Assembly: GCA_934378145.1 (NCBI GenBank)
Contig: CAKXXW010000001.1
Location: forward strand, 1,458-65,457
DNA: 64,000 bases
Direction of reading: 5' to 3'
Source of the DNA: an uncultured Eubacteriales bacterium
GTDB lineage: Bacteria > Bacillota > Clostridia > Oscillospirales > CAG-272
Shown here one piece after another: positions 17,132 through 25,599 of the stretch (position 1 is the stretch's first letter; every line of letters begins with the position of its first letter). The translations under genes were made by a program, and so were the position numbers. The notes beneath the pieces were generated by a model. The model saw only the letters and a list, made by a program, of their open reading frames with translations, ran no database searches and was not told where the DNA came from.

Positions 17132-18082
17132 ATGGATTTTGGCGAAAAAATGATTGAGTTCAGGAAGCAGTATGATCTGACGCAGGAAGAGCTTGCGGGA
17201 AAGCTATTCGTTACACGACAGGCTGTCAGCCTTTGGGAGCAGGGCAAGGCACTTCCCTCCCTTGACACGCTCCGTCGATTAAGGAAGCTTTACGGAATCT
17301 CTGTCGACGAATGGATCTGCGGTGAAAATGCAACTGCCCCGACAAAAGACATGCCCGGCAAGCATTGCGTATTACGAAGGAAAACAGTAAGAATTATCGT
17401 ATCGGTCGTTGCAGCTCTTGCTTTGATTTCGATAATAGCTTTCGGTTCGGCAAGCCTTATCTCCCGTGCCAAGCTTCTTCGCCCCGACGGAACCGAAGAT
17501 ATTACCGTAACGCGCAAGCAAGCCGTTGTATTGACAAAGACCGGAGGTGGCAGCGTCGCTTTTTCGGAATCGGGAAAGCCGGAGGTACTGTGCCGCATAC
17601 CCGATGGCTTCATCGCCAAGCCCGACAGCCCCGGGCTCTACACGGACGCAAACGGAAATTATATAAGGATAAATTCCGATTACGGCAAAAACGTCTTCGA
17701 TCCCTTGTCAGGTACCTCATATTCCGCAGTCTTTGAAGAGACCGGATATGCTTCCTACATTGAAAAAGTGCGAATGGCTATGTATACGGATCCACGACGG
17801 GTCAGTGTTTTCGCATCGAAGAAGAACATACTCTCGGCAGGCGGCTCGCGGATCCTGCGGAGCACCATATGCGCCGGGCAGGATGCCGATTTTTATGAGG
17901 TAGACGGCGGTCTGACGGATGACAGCTCCGGTATGCGAATATCCGGCTTCCTACTTGACTTCGGGAACGGTGCAAGGCTCGTGACACTTTGCGACAGCAA
18001 CGGCAATCACTGCTTTCTGACTGTATCGGGAATCTCGGCGGAAAGCCTTAATGAACTGTTGAACACGATCGAAATGAAATAA
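17132..18082 (+). CDS. Membrane-anchored XRE-family HTH regulator with a C-terminal domain of unknown function
   Basis: 316 aa with HTH 'LTQEELAGKLFVTRQAVSLWEQGKALPS' and a single TM helix 'IIVSVVAALALISIIAFGSA'. The C-terminal domain of about 210 aa is not recognised. Confidence 0.75.
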   Translation: MDFGEKMIEFRKQYDLTQEELAGKLFVTRQAVSLWEQGKALPSLDTLRRLRKLYGISVDEWICGENATAPTKDMPGKHCVLRRKTVRIIVSVVAALALISIIAFGSASLISRAKLLRPDGTEDITVTRKQAVVLTKTGGGSVAFSESGKPEVLCRIPDGFIAKPDSPGLYTDANGNYIRINSDYGKNVFDPLSGTSYSAVFEETGYASYIEKVRMAMYTDPRRVSVFASKKNILSAGGSRILRSTICAGQDADFYEVDGGLTDDSSGMRISGFLLDFGNGARLVTLCDSNGNHCFLTVSGISAESLNELLNTIEMK

Positions 18083-18085
18083 AAA

Positions 18086-18122
18086 AAGCTCTCTGCACTT
18101 TCTAATGTGCAGAGAGCTTTTT
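18086..18122. terminator. Bidirectional terminator
   Basis: 13-bp stem AAGCTCTCTGCAC / GTGCAGAGAGCTT flanked by an A-run and a T-run. Confidence 0.85.
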
Positions 18123-18124
18123 CA

Positions 18125-19273
18125 TTATCTTCTTATAAGCGTATCGGAAGCCTCGGCGAGCGCGGCGGCAAGTGCCTTTACATCCTCTCTCGTGTTGAAA
18201 CGCGAAAGGCTTGCACGAATCGTACAGTCTGCCTCCTTAGGCGTCAGTCCGAAGGCAAGAAGCGCACGGCTCGGCTTACCGGAATGCGATGAACACGCGG
18301 ATCCCGCCGATACGCAGATGCCCTTCCCCGACAGGAAATGCAGGATCGTTTCGCTTCTTATCCCCGGCAGCGTTATGCTTATAATGTGCGGCGCGGCTGT
18401 TTCGGGAGAATTTATCCTTATTCCCCTTTCCGCAAGCTCGGGCAGGCTCATAAAATATTCCCTCAGATCGCGCATAAGTTCGGTATCGTCGGCAAAGGAA
18501 GCCTTTCCCTCCCTCGCCGCGGCGGCAAAGCCCGCGATCTCAAGCGTATTTTCGGTTCCGGAGCGGAAGCCATCCTCCTGCCCTCCGCCGAAGATGAGCG
18601 GAGAGAATCTTTTCTCCTTTACCATTCGGTCGGAGATCCAGAGTGCGCCTACTCCCTTCGGTGCGTGGATCTTGTGTCCGCTGAGGGTCACGGCGTCGGC
18701 ACCTATGCCGGACGGAATGAACGGAATCTTCAGAAAGCCCTGAACCGCGTCGCAATGGCATATCACATCGGGATATTTCGCCTTCGCCGCGCGGAAAACG
18801 CTTCCGACATCATAGACCGCCCCCGTCTCGTTGTTCACGAGCATAAGGCTGACGAGGAACACGGGCTGTGACAGAGCTTCCTCCACCGATCCTTCGTCAA
18901 GTCTTCCGCCCTTTGTTCTGATACGGAAGACCTCAAAGCCCTCCTTAACGAGAGCTTCCGCCGGATTTTCCACAGACGGGTGTTCGGAATCGGTGATGAC
19001 TATTCTCTTTGCGACACGGCGGGATTTTGCCCTTGCCGCACCGAAAAAGACGAGGTTCGACGCCTCACTTCCGCAGGAGGTGAAGATTAGCTTTCCGCAT
19101 CTCTCGCCGAGAGCCGACAGAACAGCCGACCTTGAGTCGATAAGCAGCTTTCTCGCCCTGAGTCCCTCGGCATGAAGCGACGACGGATTGCCGTAGCATT
19201 CCATCGCCGTTATCATAGCCTTTTTTACATTTTCACTCAGCGCGGTCGTCGCGCTGTTGTCAAGATATATCAT
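18125..19273 (-). CDS. Cysteine desulfurase (NifS/IscS class V aminotransferase)
   Basis: 382 aa with 'IYLDNSATT', the PLP-lysine region 'SGHKIHAPKGVGALW', and the active-site loop 'SAGSACSS'. Confidence 0.85.
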   Translation of the reverse strand: MIYLDNSATTALSENVKKAMITAMECYGNPSSLHAEGLRARKLLIDSRSAVLSALGERCGKLIFTSCGSEASNLVFFGAARAKSRRVAKRIVITDSEHPSVENPAEALVKEGFEVFRIRTKGGRLDEGSVEEALSQPVFLVSLMLVNNETGAVYDVGSVFRAAKAKYPDVICHCDAVQGFLKIPFIPSGIGADAVTLSGHKIHAPKGVGALWISDRMVKEKRFSPLIFGGGQEDGFRSGTENTLEIAGFAAAAREGKASFADDTELMRDLREYFMSLPELAERGIRINSPETAAPHIISITLPGIRSETILHFLSGKGICVSAGSACSSHSGKPSRALLAFGLTPKEADCTIRASLSRFNTREDVKALAAALAEASDTLIRR

Positions 19274-19851
19274 TACTTTAAGAGTCTGAACTCGGCAAGC
19301 ATTCTATCGACCTCGGTCTGATGGAGGTCAAAGTTCTCTGTCGTAGCGGTATAGGTGAAGCAGATCATCGCACCGCGGAAGTAGGTCACGAGCGCGCGGT
19401 ACTTGAAATCCTTACCGTCCGCGGTAAGGGTGTAGATATACTGCTTTGCGTAATAGCCGTCCGAAACGGGATATTCCTTCCCTTCCTCGACCACGGCAAA
19501 ATTTTTGAAGGTATTTCCCGCCTTGCTCTTAAGCTCGTTCCAATAAGCGTCGATATAGGGTGCCTTATCGTTCTCGTCCTCAGCCGCCGTGCCGACCGTA
19601 ATATCGGAAGGAAGGATGTAGGTCGTAACGACCACATTCGATGTGTCGGTAGCCGAATAATACGCCGCCGAGGAATCATAGCCGCGCTTTACGGTCCAGC
19701 TGTTCGGCACGAAAAGGCAGTAAATATCCGATTCGCCCGATGCGAGCTTCATTCCGTTCGGTACCTCTATATCCGATGCCTTCTCGGTGCAGGAGACCGC
19801 AAAGGTCAGACAAAGCACCGTGAGAAGCATTACACAGATAATTTTTTTCAT
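19273..19851 (-). CDS. Hypothetical lipoprotein
   Basis: 192 aa from ATG 19851 (GGAGA RBS). Signal peptide and lipobox are 'LTFAVSC'. Its stop overlaps the nifS-like start by 1 nt. Confidence 0.6.
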   Translation of the reverse strand: MKKIICVMLLTVLCLTFAVSCTEKASDIEVPNGMKLASGESDIYCLFVPNSWTVKRGYDSSAAYYSATDTSNVVVTTYILPSDITVGTAAEDENDKAPYIDAYWNELKSKAGNTFKNFAVVEEGKEYPVSDGYYAKQYIYTLTADGKDFKYRALVTYFRGAMICFTYTATTENFDLHQTEVDRMLAEFRLLK

Positions 19852-19870
19852 ATTATCTCCGTCAGCCCCT

Positions 19871-20866
19871 TCAGACTCCGCGTCTGACAAAAGCCGCGGT
19901 GAGAGCGGCGCAGGCTTCGGCGTCGGCAAGGTCGATAAGCTCGTTCGACGAATGGATATAGCGGCAGGGGATCGAGAGGCAGCCGGCGGAGCATCCGCCC
20001 GCGGCGAGCTGCATCGAGCTTGTATCGGTGCCTCCGTAGGTCAGGATCTCAAGCTGATATTTTATCTTGTTTTCCTTCGCAGCGGAAATAAGGGCATCGA
20101 CGAGCGCGGGATCGCAGATCACGGAGGAATCCTTGACCTTTATCGCTGCACCGTCGCCGACGCTGCAAGCCATCGGAGCGGCTCCCGGGGTGTCGCCCGT
20201 TCCGGTCACATCAAAAGCGAGCGCGATGTCGGGGGCGACCGCGAAGGCAGCCGTCTTCGAGCCGCGGCAACCGACCTCTTCCTGCACAGAGAATACATAG
20301 TAAATATCGTAGTCGCTCTCCTCATCGGCAAGCTCCTTCGCTATCGTCACAAGGATCGCGCATCCCACGCGGTCGTCGAGCGGATGACCCGTGACACGCT
20401 TGCCGCAGAGCCTCACTATATCATTGTCAAAGCGAAAGACATCGCCGACAGATACCTTCTTTGAGGCTTCCTTCTTATCCTTCGCGCCGATGTCGATGGT
20501 GAACTTATCGGCGGCGTAGTCGGCGGGCTTCACACGGCTGTCGGGAACAAGGACTCCGCGGACTCCCTTCTCCGACAGCACTCTGTCGTACGACGAAGCG
20601 GCAAAGCCTATACCGCCGACGGGCGCGAGGCGGATAAGTCCGCTGTCCTCGATAAAGGTCGCCATAAAGCCTATCTCGTCCATATGTGCGCAGAGCATGA
20701 GCTTCTTTTTGCCCTTGCCGTGCTTCACTGTGATAAGGTTTCCGAGAGCGTCGGTGTACTGCTCATCGGTGTAATTCTTCATTTCGGCAAGAAGAGTCTC
20801 AGAGACCTTCTTTTCATAACCGGAAACGCCGTGCGCTCCCGAGATCTTACGCAGTAATTCAAGCAT
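19871..20866 (-). CDS. M42-family metallo-aminopeptidase (TET/FrvX-like), paralog 3
   Basis: 331 aa. Ligand motifs are 'CAHMDEIG', 'LDDRVGC', 'VQEEVG', 'AFDVT' and 'RYIHS'. Confidence 0.85.
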   Translation of the reverse strand: MLELLRKISGAHGVSGYEKKVSETLLAEMKNYTDEQYTDALGNLITVKHGKGKKKLMLCAHMDEIGFMATFIEDSGLIRLAPVGGIGFAASSYDRVLSEKGVRGVLVPDSRVKPADYAADKFTIDIGAKDKKEASKKVSVGDVFRFDNDIVRLCGKRVTGHPLDDRVGCAILVTIAKELADEESDYDIYYVFSVQEEVGCRGSKTAAFAVAPDIALAFDVTGTGDTPGAAPMACSVGDGAAIKVKDSSVICDPALVDALISAAKENKIKYQLEILTYGGTDTSSMQLAAGGCSAGCLSIPCRYIHSSNELIDLADAEACAALTAAFVRRGV

Positions 20867-21926
20867 TTTTTATTTCCTCCGCATCAAATTCGGTTATTAT
20901 TGCATAGAGCAGGTCGCCCATAGAGAAGTAGTCGGCCTCGTTTATCACGCACGCCGGCGAATGGATATACCTTGACGGCGCCGAGATCGCGAGCGCACGG
21001 ACTCCGGCGTTCGACTTGTGGATATGTCCGGCGTCGTTTCCGCCCGAGACATAGCGCTTGATCTGAGCCGGAATGTTTTTCTTTTCGGCGAGAGACAGGG
21101 CAAATCTCACAAATCCGCGATCGTAGATCGTCGAACGGTCGCGGAGCGAGACCGCGCCTCCCTTGCCAAGCTCCGACACCCTTGAATTTTCGGGAACATC
21201 GGGCAGATCGGCAACAGCCGTCGATTCAAGCACCACCGAATATTCGGGGGAGAGCGCCTGTGCCGCCGTTCTCGCGCCCGAAAGACCTATCTCTTCCCTT
21301 ACGGTAAAGCAGAAATAAAGGTCGAGCGGGATATTCTGTCCCTTTATCCTTCCGAGTACATCGAGCATTATCGCGCATCCGAGCCTGTCGTCTATTGCTT
21401 TGCTCTTGATAAAGCCGTCGCCGAACTCGACGAAAGCCGAATCAAAAGTACCCGAGGTGCCGAGAGCGACGAACTTTTCGGCTTCCTCGCGCTTTTTCAC
21501 GCCGATGTCGATATACATATCCTTGATCTTCTTCGCGGTCTTTCTCTCATCGGGAGTCTGATGGTGGATCGCCTTAGAGCCTATGATCCCCTGCACCGGA
21601 GTGCCGTCATTGCCCTCAAGGATGATATGCTTGCCGCTGAGCACCCTCGGGTCGATACCGCCGAGCGCCGCAAAGCGCAGGTATCCGTCCTCGGTTATTT
21701 CATTGACTATGAAGCCGACCTCATCCATATGAGCCGAGACCATAAGCCTCGGTGCGCCCTCACAGGCAATGTGGACTATAACATTTCCGAGCCTGTCCGT
21801 ACTGTATTCATAGCCGAGAAGGTCAAGCTTTCCTCTTATCAGCTCCGCGACCTTTTCCTCGCTGCCGGTAGGTCCGCAGACAAGACAAAGCTCGCGCAAA
21901 AGTTCTTTTTTCTCTTTTCCGGTCAT
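20859..21926 (-). CDS. M42-family metallo-aminopeptidase, paralog 2
   Basis: 355 aa from ATG 21926 (GGAGGTG RBS, ATGA overlap with paralog 1). Motifs are 'SAHMDEVG', 'IDDRLGC', 'VREEIG' and 'RYIHS'. Confidence 0.85.
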   Translation of the reverse strand: MTGKEKKELLRELCLVCGPTGSEEKVAELIRGKLDLLGYEYSTDRLGNVIVHIACEGAPRLMVSAHMDEVGFIVNEITEDGYLRFAALGGIDPRVLSGKHIILEGNDGTPVQGIIGSKAIHHQTPDERKTAKKIKDMYIDIGVKKREEAEKFVALGTSGTFDSAFVEFGDGFIKSKAIDDRLGCAIMLDVLGRIKGQNIPLDLYFCFTVREEIGLSGARTAAQALSPEYSVVLESTAVADLPDVPENSRVSELGKGGAVSLRDRSTIYDRGFVRFALSLAEKKNIPAQIKRYVSGGNDAGHIHKSNAGVRALAISAPSRYIHSPACVINEADYFSMGDLLYAIITEFDAEEIKNA

Positions 21927-22969
21927 CTTGCAAACACCTCCGCGATCTTTTCGGAAGATACGAATTCGCACACGAGAGAGGCAAGCGCCTCCGCATCGGC
22001 AAGGTCTATGACCTCGGCACAGGTGTGCATACACTTGAGCGGGATACCCGCGTCAACACAGGGGATACCGGCGCGGGTGAGGTTTATATCGGGCGTATTC
22101 GTACCCGTGCCGCCTCCCGTCACATCGAGCTGATACTTTATTCCCTTTTCTTTTGCCAGCTCTATCGTCATCTTAGTAAGTTTCTTGTCCGTGACGGGGC
22201 AAAGCGTGAGCGAAACGCCTCCGCCTACCTCGACCGTTTCGTTTTTCTTCGTGTCAGGCGTTCTGCCGAGGTTGACATCGGCGACGAACGCATAATCGGG
22301 ATCGACTCCGTATGCTCCCGTGAGCGCACCGCCCGCGATCCTTCCGGTCTCCTCACGCGAGGAAAGCATAAGGTAAACATCTCCGGCAAGCCTGTCCCCC
22401 GCGCGTCTGATACCCTCGACCGCACAGGCAGCGCAGGACTTGTCGTCAAAGCCTTTTCCGGCTATCTGTCCGCCCGCGAGCGTTGAATACTTCGGTGCAA
22501 AACCGACCGGTGTTCCGACACGGACGAGCTTTTCAAGCTCCTCTTTTTTGTAGCCCGTGTCGATGAGAAGCTCTCCGATCTCGCGGAGCTTGCCCGCGTC
22601 CTCGGGCTTCTGAAGGTGCGGAGGCGTCGATCCGACGACCCCGAATATCGGCTTCTCGCCGTATATCACGACATCGCTCGCCTGAAGGATGCCCGTGTCG
22701 ACTCCGCCGACATTCGTGACCGTAAGGAAGCCGCCCTCCTTGATCTCCGTGACAAACATACCTATCTCATCCATATGCGTGTCGACAAGGATCTTCGGCG
22801 CGCCCTTCTTCCCGCACTTTTTCACGAAAAAGCGGTTTCCGATGCTGTCGGTGTAGCTTTCGTCAAAATACTCTCCTATCAGCTCTCTGAGCCTGTCCGC
22901 GTCATGGCTCTCATAGCCGGTAACGGACATCAGGGATGACAGGGAGATAATAAGCTCTTTAAGTTCCAT
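21923..22969 (-). CDS. M42-family metallo-aminopeptidase, paralog 1
   Basis: 348 aa. Motifs are 'DTHMDEIG', 'FDDKSC', 'SREETG', 'VADVN' and 'KCMHT'. Confidence 0.85.
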   Translation of the reverse strand: MELKELIISLSSLMSVTGYESHDADRLRELIGEYFDESYTDSIGNRFFVKKCGKKGAPKILVDTHMDEIGMFVTEIKEGGFLTVTNVGGVDTGILQASDVVIYGEKPIFGVVGSTPPHLQKPEDAGKLREIGELLIDTGYKKEELEKLVRVGTPVGFAPKYSTLAGGQIAGKGFDDKSCAACAVEGIRRAGDRLAGDVYLMLSSREETGRIAGGALTGAYGVDPDYAFVADVNLGRTPDTKKNETVEVGGGVSLTLCPVTDKKLTKMTIELAKEKGIKYQLDVTGGGTGTNTPDINLTRAGIPCVDAGIPLKCMHTCAEVIDLADAEALASLVCEFVSSEKIAEVFAR

Positions 22970-22982
22970 ATATTCTCCTTTT

Positions 22983-23960
22983 TCAAAGTTTCTTTTCTAT
23001 CTCGGGGATAAGCCTTGCGGCATATTCCATATAGCCGAGGTCGTTCGGATGAAGCCTCTGATCCGAATAAAACTCGCTCGTGTGCGGCGTGAGATTATAA
23101 CCGTCGATGACATTGAAGCCGCACGATGCAGCCTTGTCGGCTATGTATTTAACGGCTTCAAAGTAGCTGCCGAACTTCGTGACCTTGTCCTTGTCCCCTC
23201 TCCAGAGCGGAGTAAGGACAAATATCTTTGCCGTCGGATAAAGCACCGCGAGCTTTTCAAGGAAGGCGTCGGTATTCGCAAAGAAGACATCACGCGTAAG
23301 TCCCGACCAGTCATTCGTGCCGTAGGCGACGGTAACTATGTCAGGATCGTAGCCAAGCTCCTTTGTAAGCAGCTCGGGAACGAATCTTTCGCCTCCGATG
23401 CACTGGTTGACGGAATAGGCATCAAAGTGCCTTGCAAGCTGGTTCGTGTATGACAGCGACGGAAACACCGCGTCATAGCCCTGCGATATGGAATCGCCGT
23501 AGCAGAGCATCCTGCACATTGCGGGAACGGGCGCAAAGCTCGCGCCGTCGTCAAGGGTTATGTCCTTCAGCACCGCGCCGGTAAGGTTCGGGAGCCAGAC
23601 GCTTATCCTGTGCTCGCCCTCGGGGATATTTTTCAGCTTTACCTCGCCTTTCATTATCCACATCGGGTTTTCGCCGCAGTGGAGAGTCATCACTCCGTCG
23701 ACATAAATATCGAAATAGTAAAATTTACGGCTCGAGCCGGGCGTCACCGTGTAGGAAAAGGCGAGGCTGCCCGAATCGGTCATAAATTCAAGGCTTATGC
23801 CCGATGTCGCCGTAGTCTTCATATAGTGTCCGGCGTTTGTATCCTTATAATGCTGCATCTGCCAATCGCGGAAGCGGTAAAAATGAAATCCGTCCTCTTT
23901 TTCCGCAAAGTCAAGGTAGCCCCTTGCAGCGCTTTTTACCTGTTCTGCTGTTAAAACCAT
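22983..23960 (-). CDS. SGNH/GDSL hydrolase with an N-terminal beta-sandwich (carbohydrate esterase-like)
   Basis: 325 aa with block I 'CYGDSISQGYD', 'YGTNDW', and a C-terminal 'RLHPND' (catalytic D/H region). Confidence 0.75.
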   Translation of the reverse strand: MVLTAEQVKSAARGYLDFAEKEDGFHFYRFRDWQMQHYKDTNAGHYMKTTATSGISLEFMTDSGSLAFSYTVTPGSSRKFYYFDIYVDGVMTLHCGENPMWIMKGEVKLKNIPEGEHRISVWLPNLTGAVLKDITLDDGASFAPVPAMCRMLCYGDSISQGYDAVFPSLSYTNQLARHFDAYSVNQCIGGERFVPELLTKELGYDPDIVTVAYGTNDWSGLTRDVFFANTDAFLEKLAVLYPTAKIFVLTPLWRGDKDKVTKFGSYFEAVKYIADKAASCGFNVIDGYNLTPHTSEFYSDQRLHPNDLGYMEYAARLIPEIEKKL

Positions 23961-23976
23961 TTTTTCATCCTTCTTT

Positions 23977-25431
23977 TTATAGTGAATTGATTATTTTCCT
24001 GAATCTTTCGCCGCGCTCCTCGAAATTCTTAAAGGCATCGAATGATGCGCAGGCGGGCGACAGAAGCACGACATCTCCGCTCTCCGCCACATTCGCCGCG
24101 GCAAGGACAGCCTCTTCAAATCCGCTTCTCTCGATCAGCTCGAACAAGCCATCGCGATAATCCGGACAGGCAAGGATAGCTTCCTTTATCTTTCCCGCAG
24201 TGTTTCCCGTCAGTACGACCTTTTTCGCGTGGGCGCAGAGCGAGAGCGCCAGCGGCTCAAAGGGGATATGCTTGTCATACCCGCCGCAGATGATTATGAC
24301 CTTCTCTTCCCCGAATGCCGAAAGTGCCGCCGCCGTTCTTGTGGGACTCGAATCTATCGAACTGTTGAAGAATCTCACACCGTCCTTTTCCCTCACGGGT
24401 TCGAGCCGGTGAGGCACACCGGTAAATTCCCGTGCGACTTTAAGGAAAGTCCTGTTTGCCGCCTCCCCAATCGTCAGCGCCATCGCCGTCATATAGTTTT
24501 CGATGTTGTGGACTCCGGGGAGCCGTATCTCCGACACATCGAGAAGCTCCTGCACTTTGTTCGGAGCATCTTCCCAGACAATTTTTCCGTCACGGATAAA
24601 TATCGCCGAGGCTCTCTCTATCCCTCCGGTTATCTCGGAAAGGCCGCTCCGCTTCGATGAGAAGAAAACGGTGTGATGTCCTGTCTCCGCGGCAAATTCG
24701 ATGCCGGCCTGACGCGAAAAATCATTTTCGGCGTTCACGACGAGCCACGATGCCGGCGGAGAGAAAATATTTTTCTTCGCCCGGGCATACTCCGAAAGGT
24801 CGGTGTGCCAATCAAGGTGATTCGGCGCGATATTCGTTATCGCGGCGCGGCGCGTGCCTATCTTCATCGTCATAAGCTGAAAGCTCGAAAGCTCTATCAC
24901 CGCATAATCACGGTCGGTCATCTCGTCTATGTGCGGCAGCAGAGGCTCGCCTATGTTTCCCCCGACGAAGACCCTCCTCCATTCGGGACGGCTCGACTTC
25001 AAAAAAAGCGAGGTCAGGGTCGTCGAGGTGGTCTTCCCGTCGCTCCCCGTTATCCCGATCGTCGTTACCTTCTTATCGGCGGCAAGCTCCAGGAAAAGCT
25101 CCATTTCCGACGAAAGGAATGCGCCCTTTTTCACCGCTTCCGCGATCTGCGGAATATCCGGACGCAGCCCCGGTGATCGGAATATGACCGTTTCGGCTTC
25201 GTGACCCTTACCGATGCCGTCAAGGTAGCCTTCTCCGGTCACGAGGGTCACTCCGAGAGCTTCAAGCTCGTCGGCAAGATCCCCGAGCGCCTCACGCGGC
25301 TTTCTGTCTCTGCCGGTTATTTTCGTCACACCGTGAGATGCGAGAAAGCGGCAAAGCGGTATGTTCGATTTACCGAGTCCTATGACCTCGGAATATCCGT
25401 TCCGTATATTTTCGGGAAGCACTACAGCCAT
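23977..25431 (-). CDS. murD: UDP-N-acetylmuramoylalanine--D-glutamate ligase
   Basis: 484 aa with Mur ligase P-loop 'GITGSDGKTTSTTL', 'NIAPNHLDWH' and 'SPACASFD'. Confidence 0.9.
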   Translation of the reverse strand: MAVVLPENIRNGYSEVIGLGKSNIPLCRFLASHGVTKITGRDRKPREALGDLADELEALGVTLVTGEGYLDGIGKGHEAETVIFRSPGLRPDIPQIAEAVKKGAFLSSEMELFLELAADKKVTTIGITGSDGKTTSTTLTSLFLKSSRPEWRRVFVGGNIGEPLLPHIDEMTDRDYAVIELSSFQLMTMKIGTRRAAITNIAPNHLDWHTDLSEYARAKKNIFSPPASWLVVNAENDFSRQAGIEFAAETGHHTVFFSSKRSGLSEITGGIERASAIFIRDGKIVWEDAPNKVQELLDVSEIRLPGVHNIENYMTAMALTIGEAANRTFLKVAREFTGVPHRLEPVREKDGVRFFNSSIDSSPTRTAAALSAFGEEKVIIICGGYDKHIPFEPLALSLCAHAKKVVLTGNTAGKIKEAILACPDYRDGLFELIERSGFEEAVLAAANVAESGDVVLLSPACASFDAFKNFEERGERFRKIINSL

Positions 25432-25599
25432 ATTATCCCCCCCTTAAAAACAAAAGTATTTATTATATTATATCTTATAACTTCCCTTTCTGCAAGTAGG
25501 ATTGCGAAATTTTTCCGATTTGCTCTTTTCAAACGGCAAAGGTTATGTTATAATATAATTTGGAATATTGTATTTACTCTTATTATGAGGAGCATATAA

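Noticed and set aside
21927-22034. N-terminal extensions of track ORFs, such as the M42 paralog 2 start at 22034. Others are dnaJ 43231, the ATPase 49529, rnc 53110, trmFO 55506, mtaB 39240, the LRR gene 49515 and plsY 27516.
   Set aside because: The extensions overlap upstream genes or regulatory RNA and lack an RBS. Internal start codons with good SD sequences restore the canonical N-termini.
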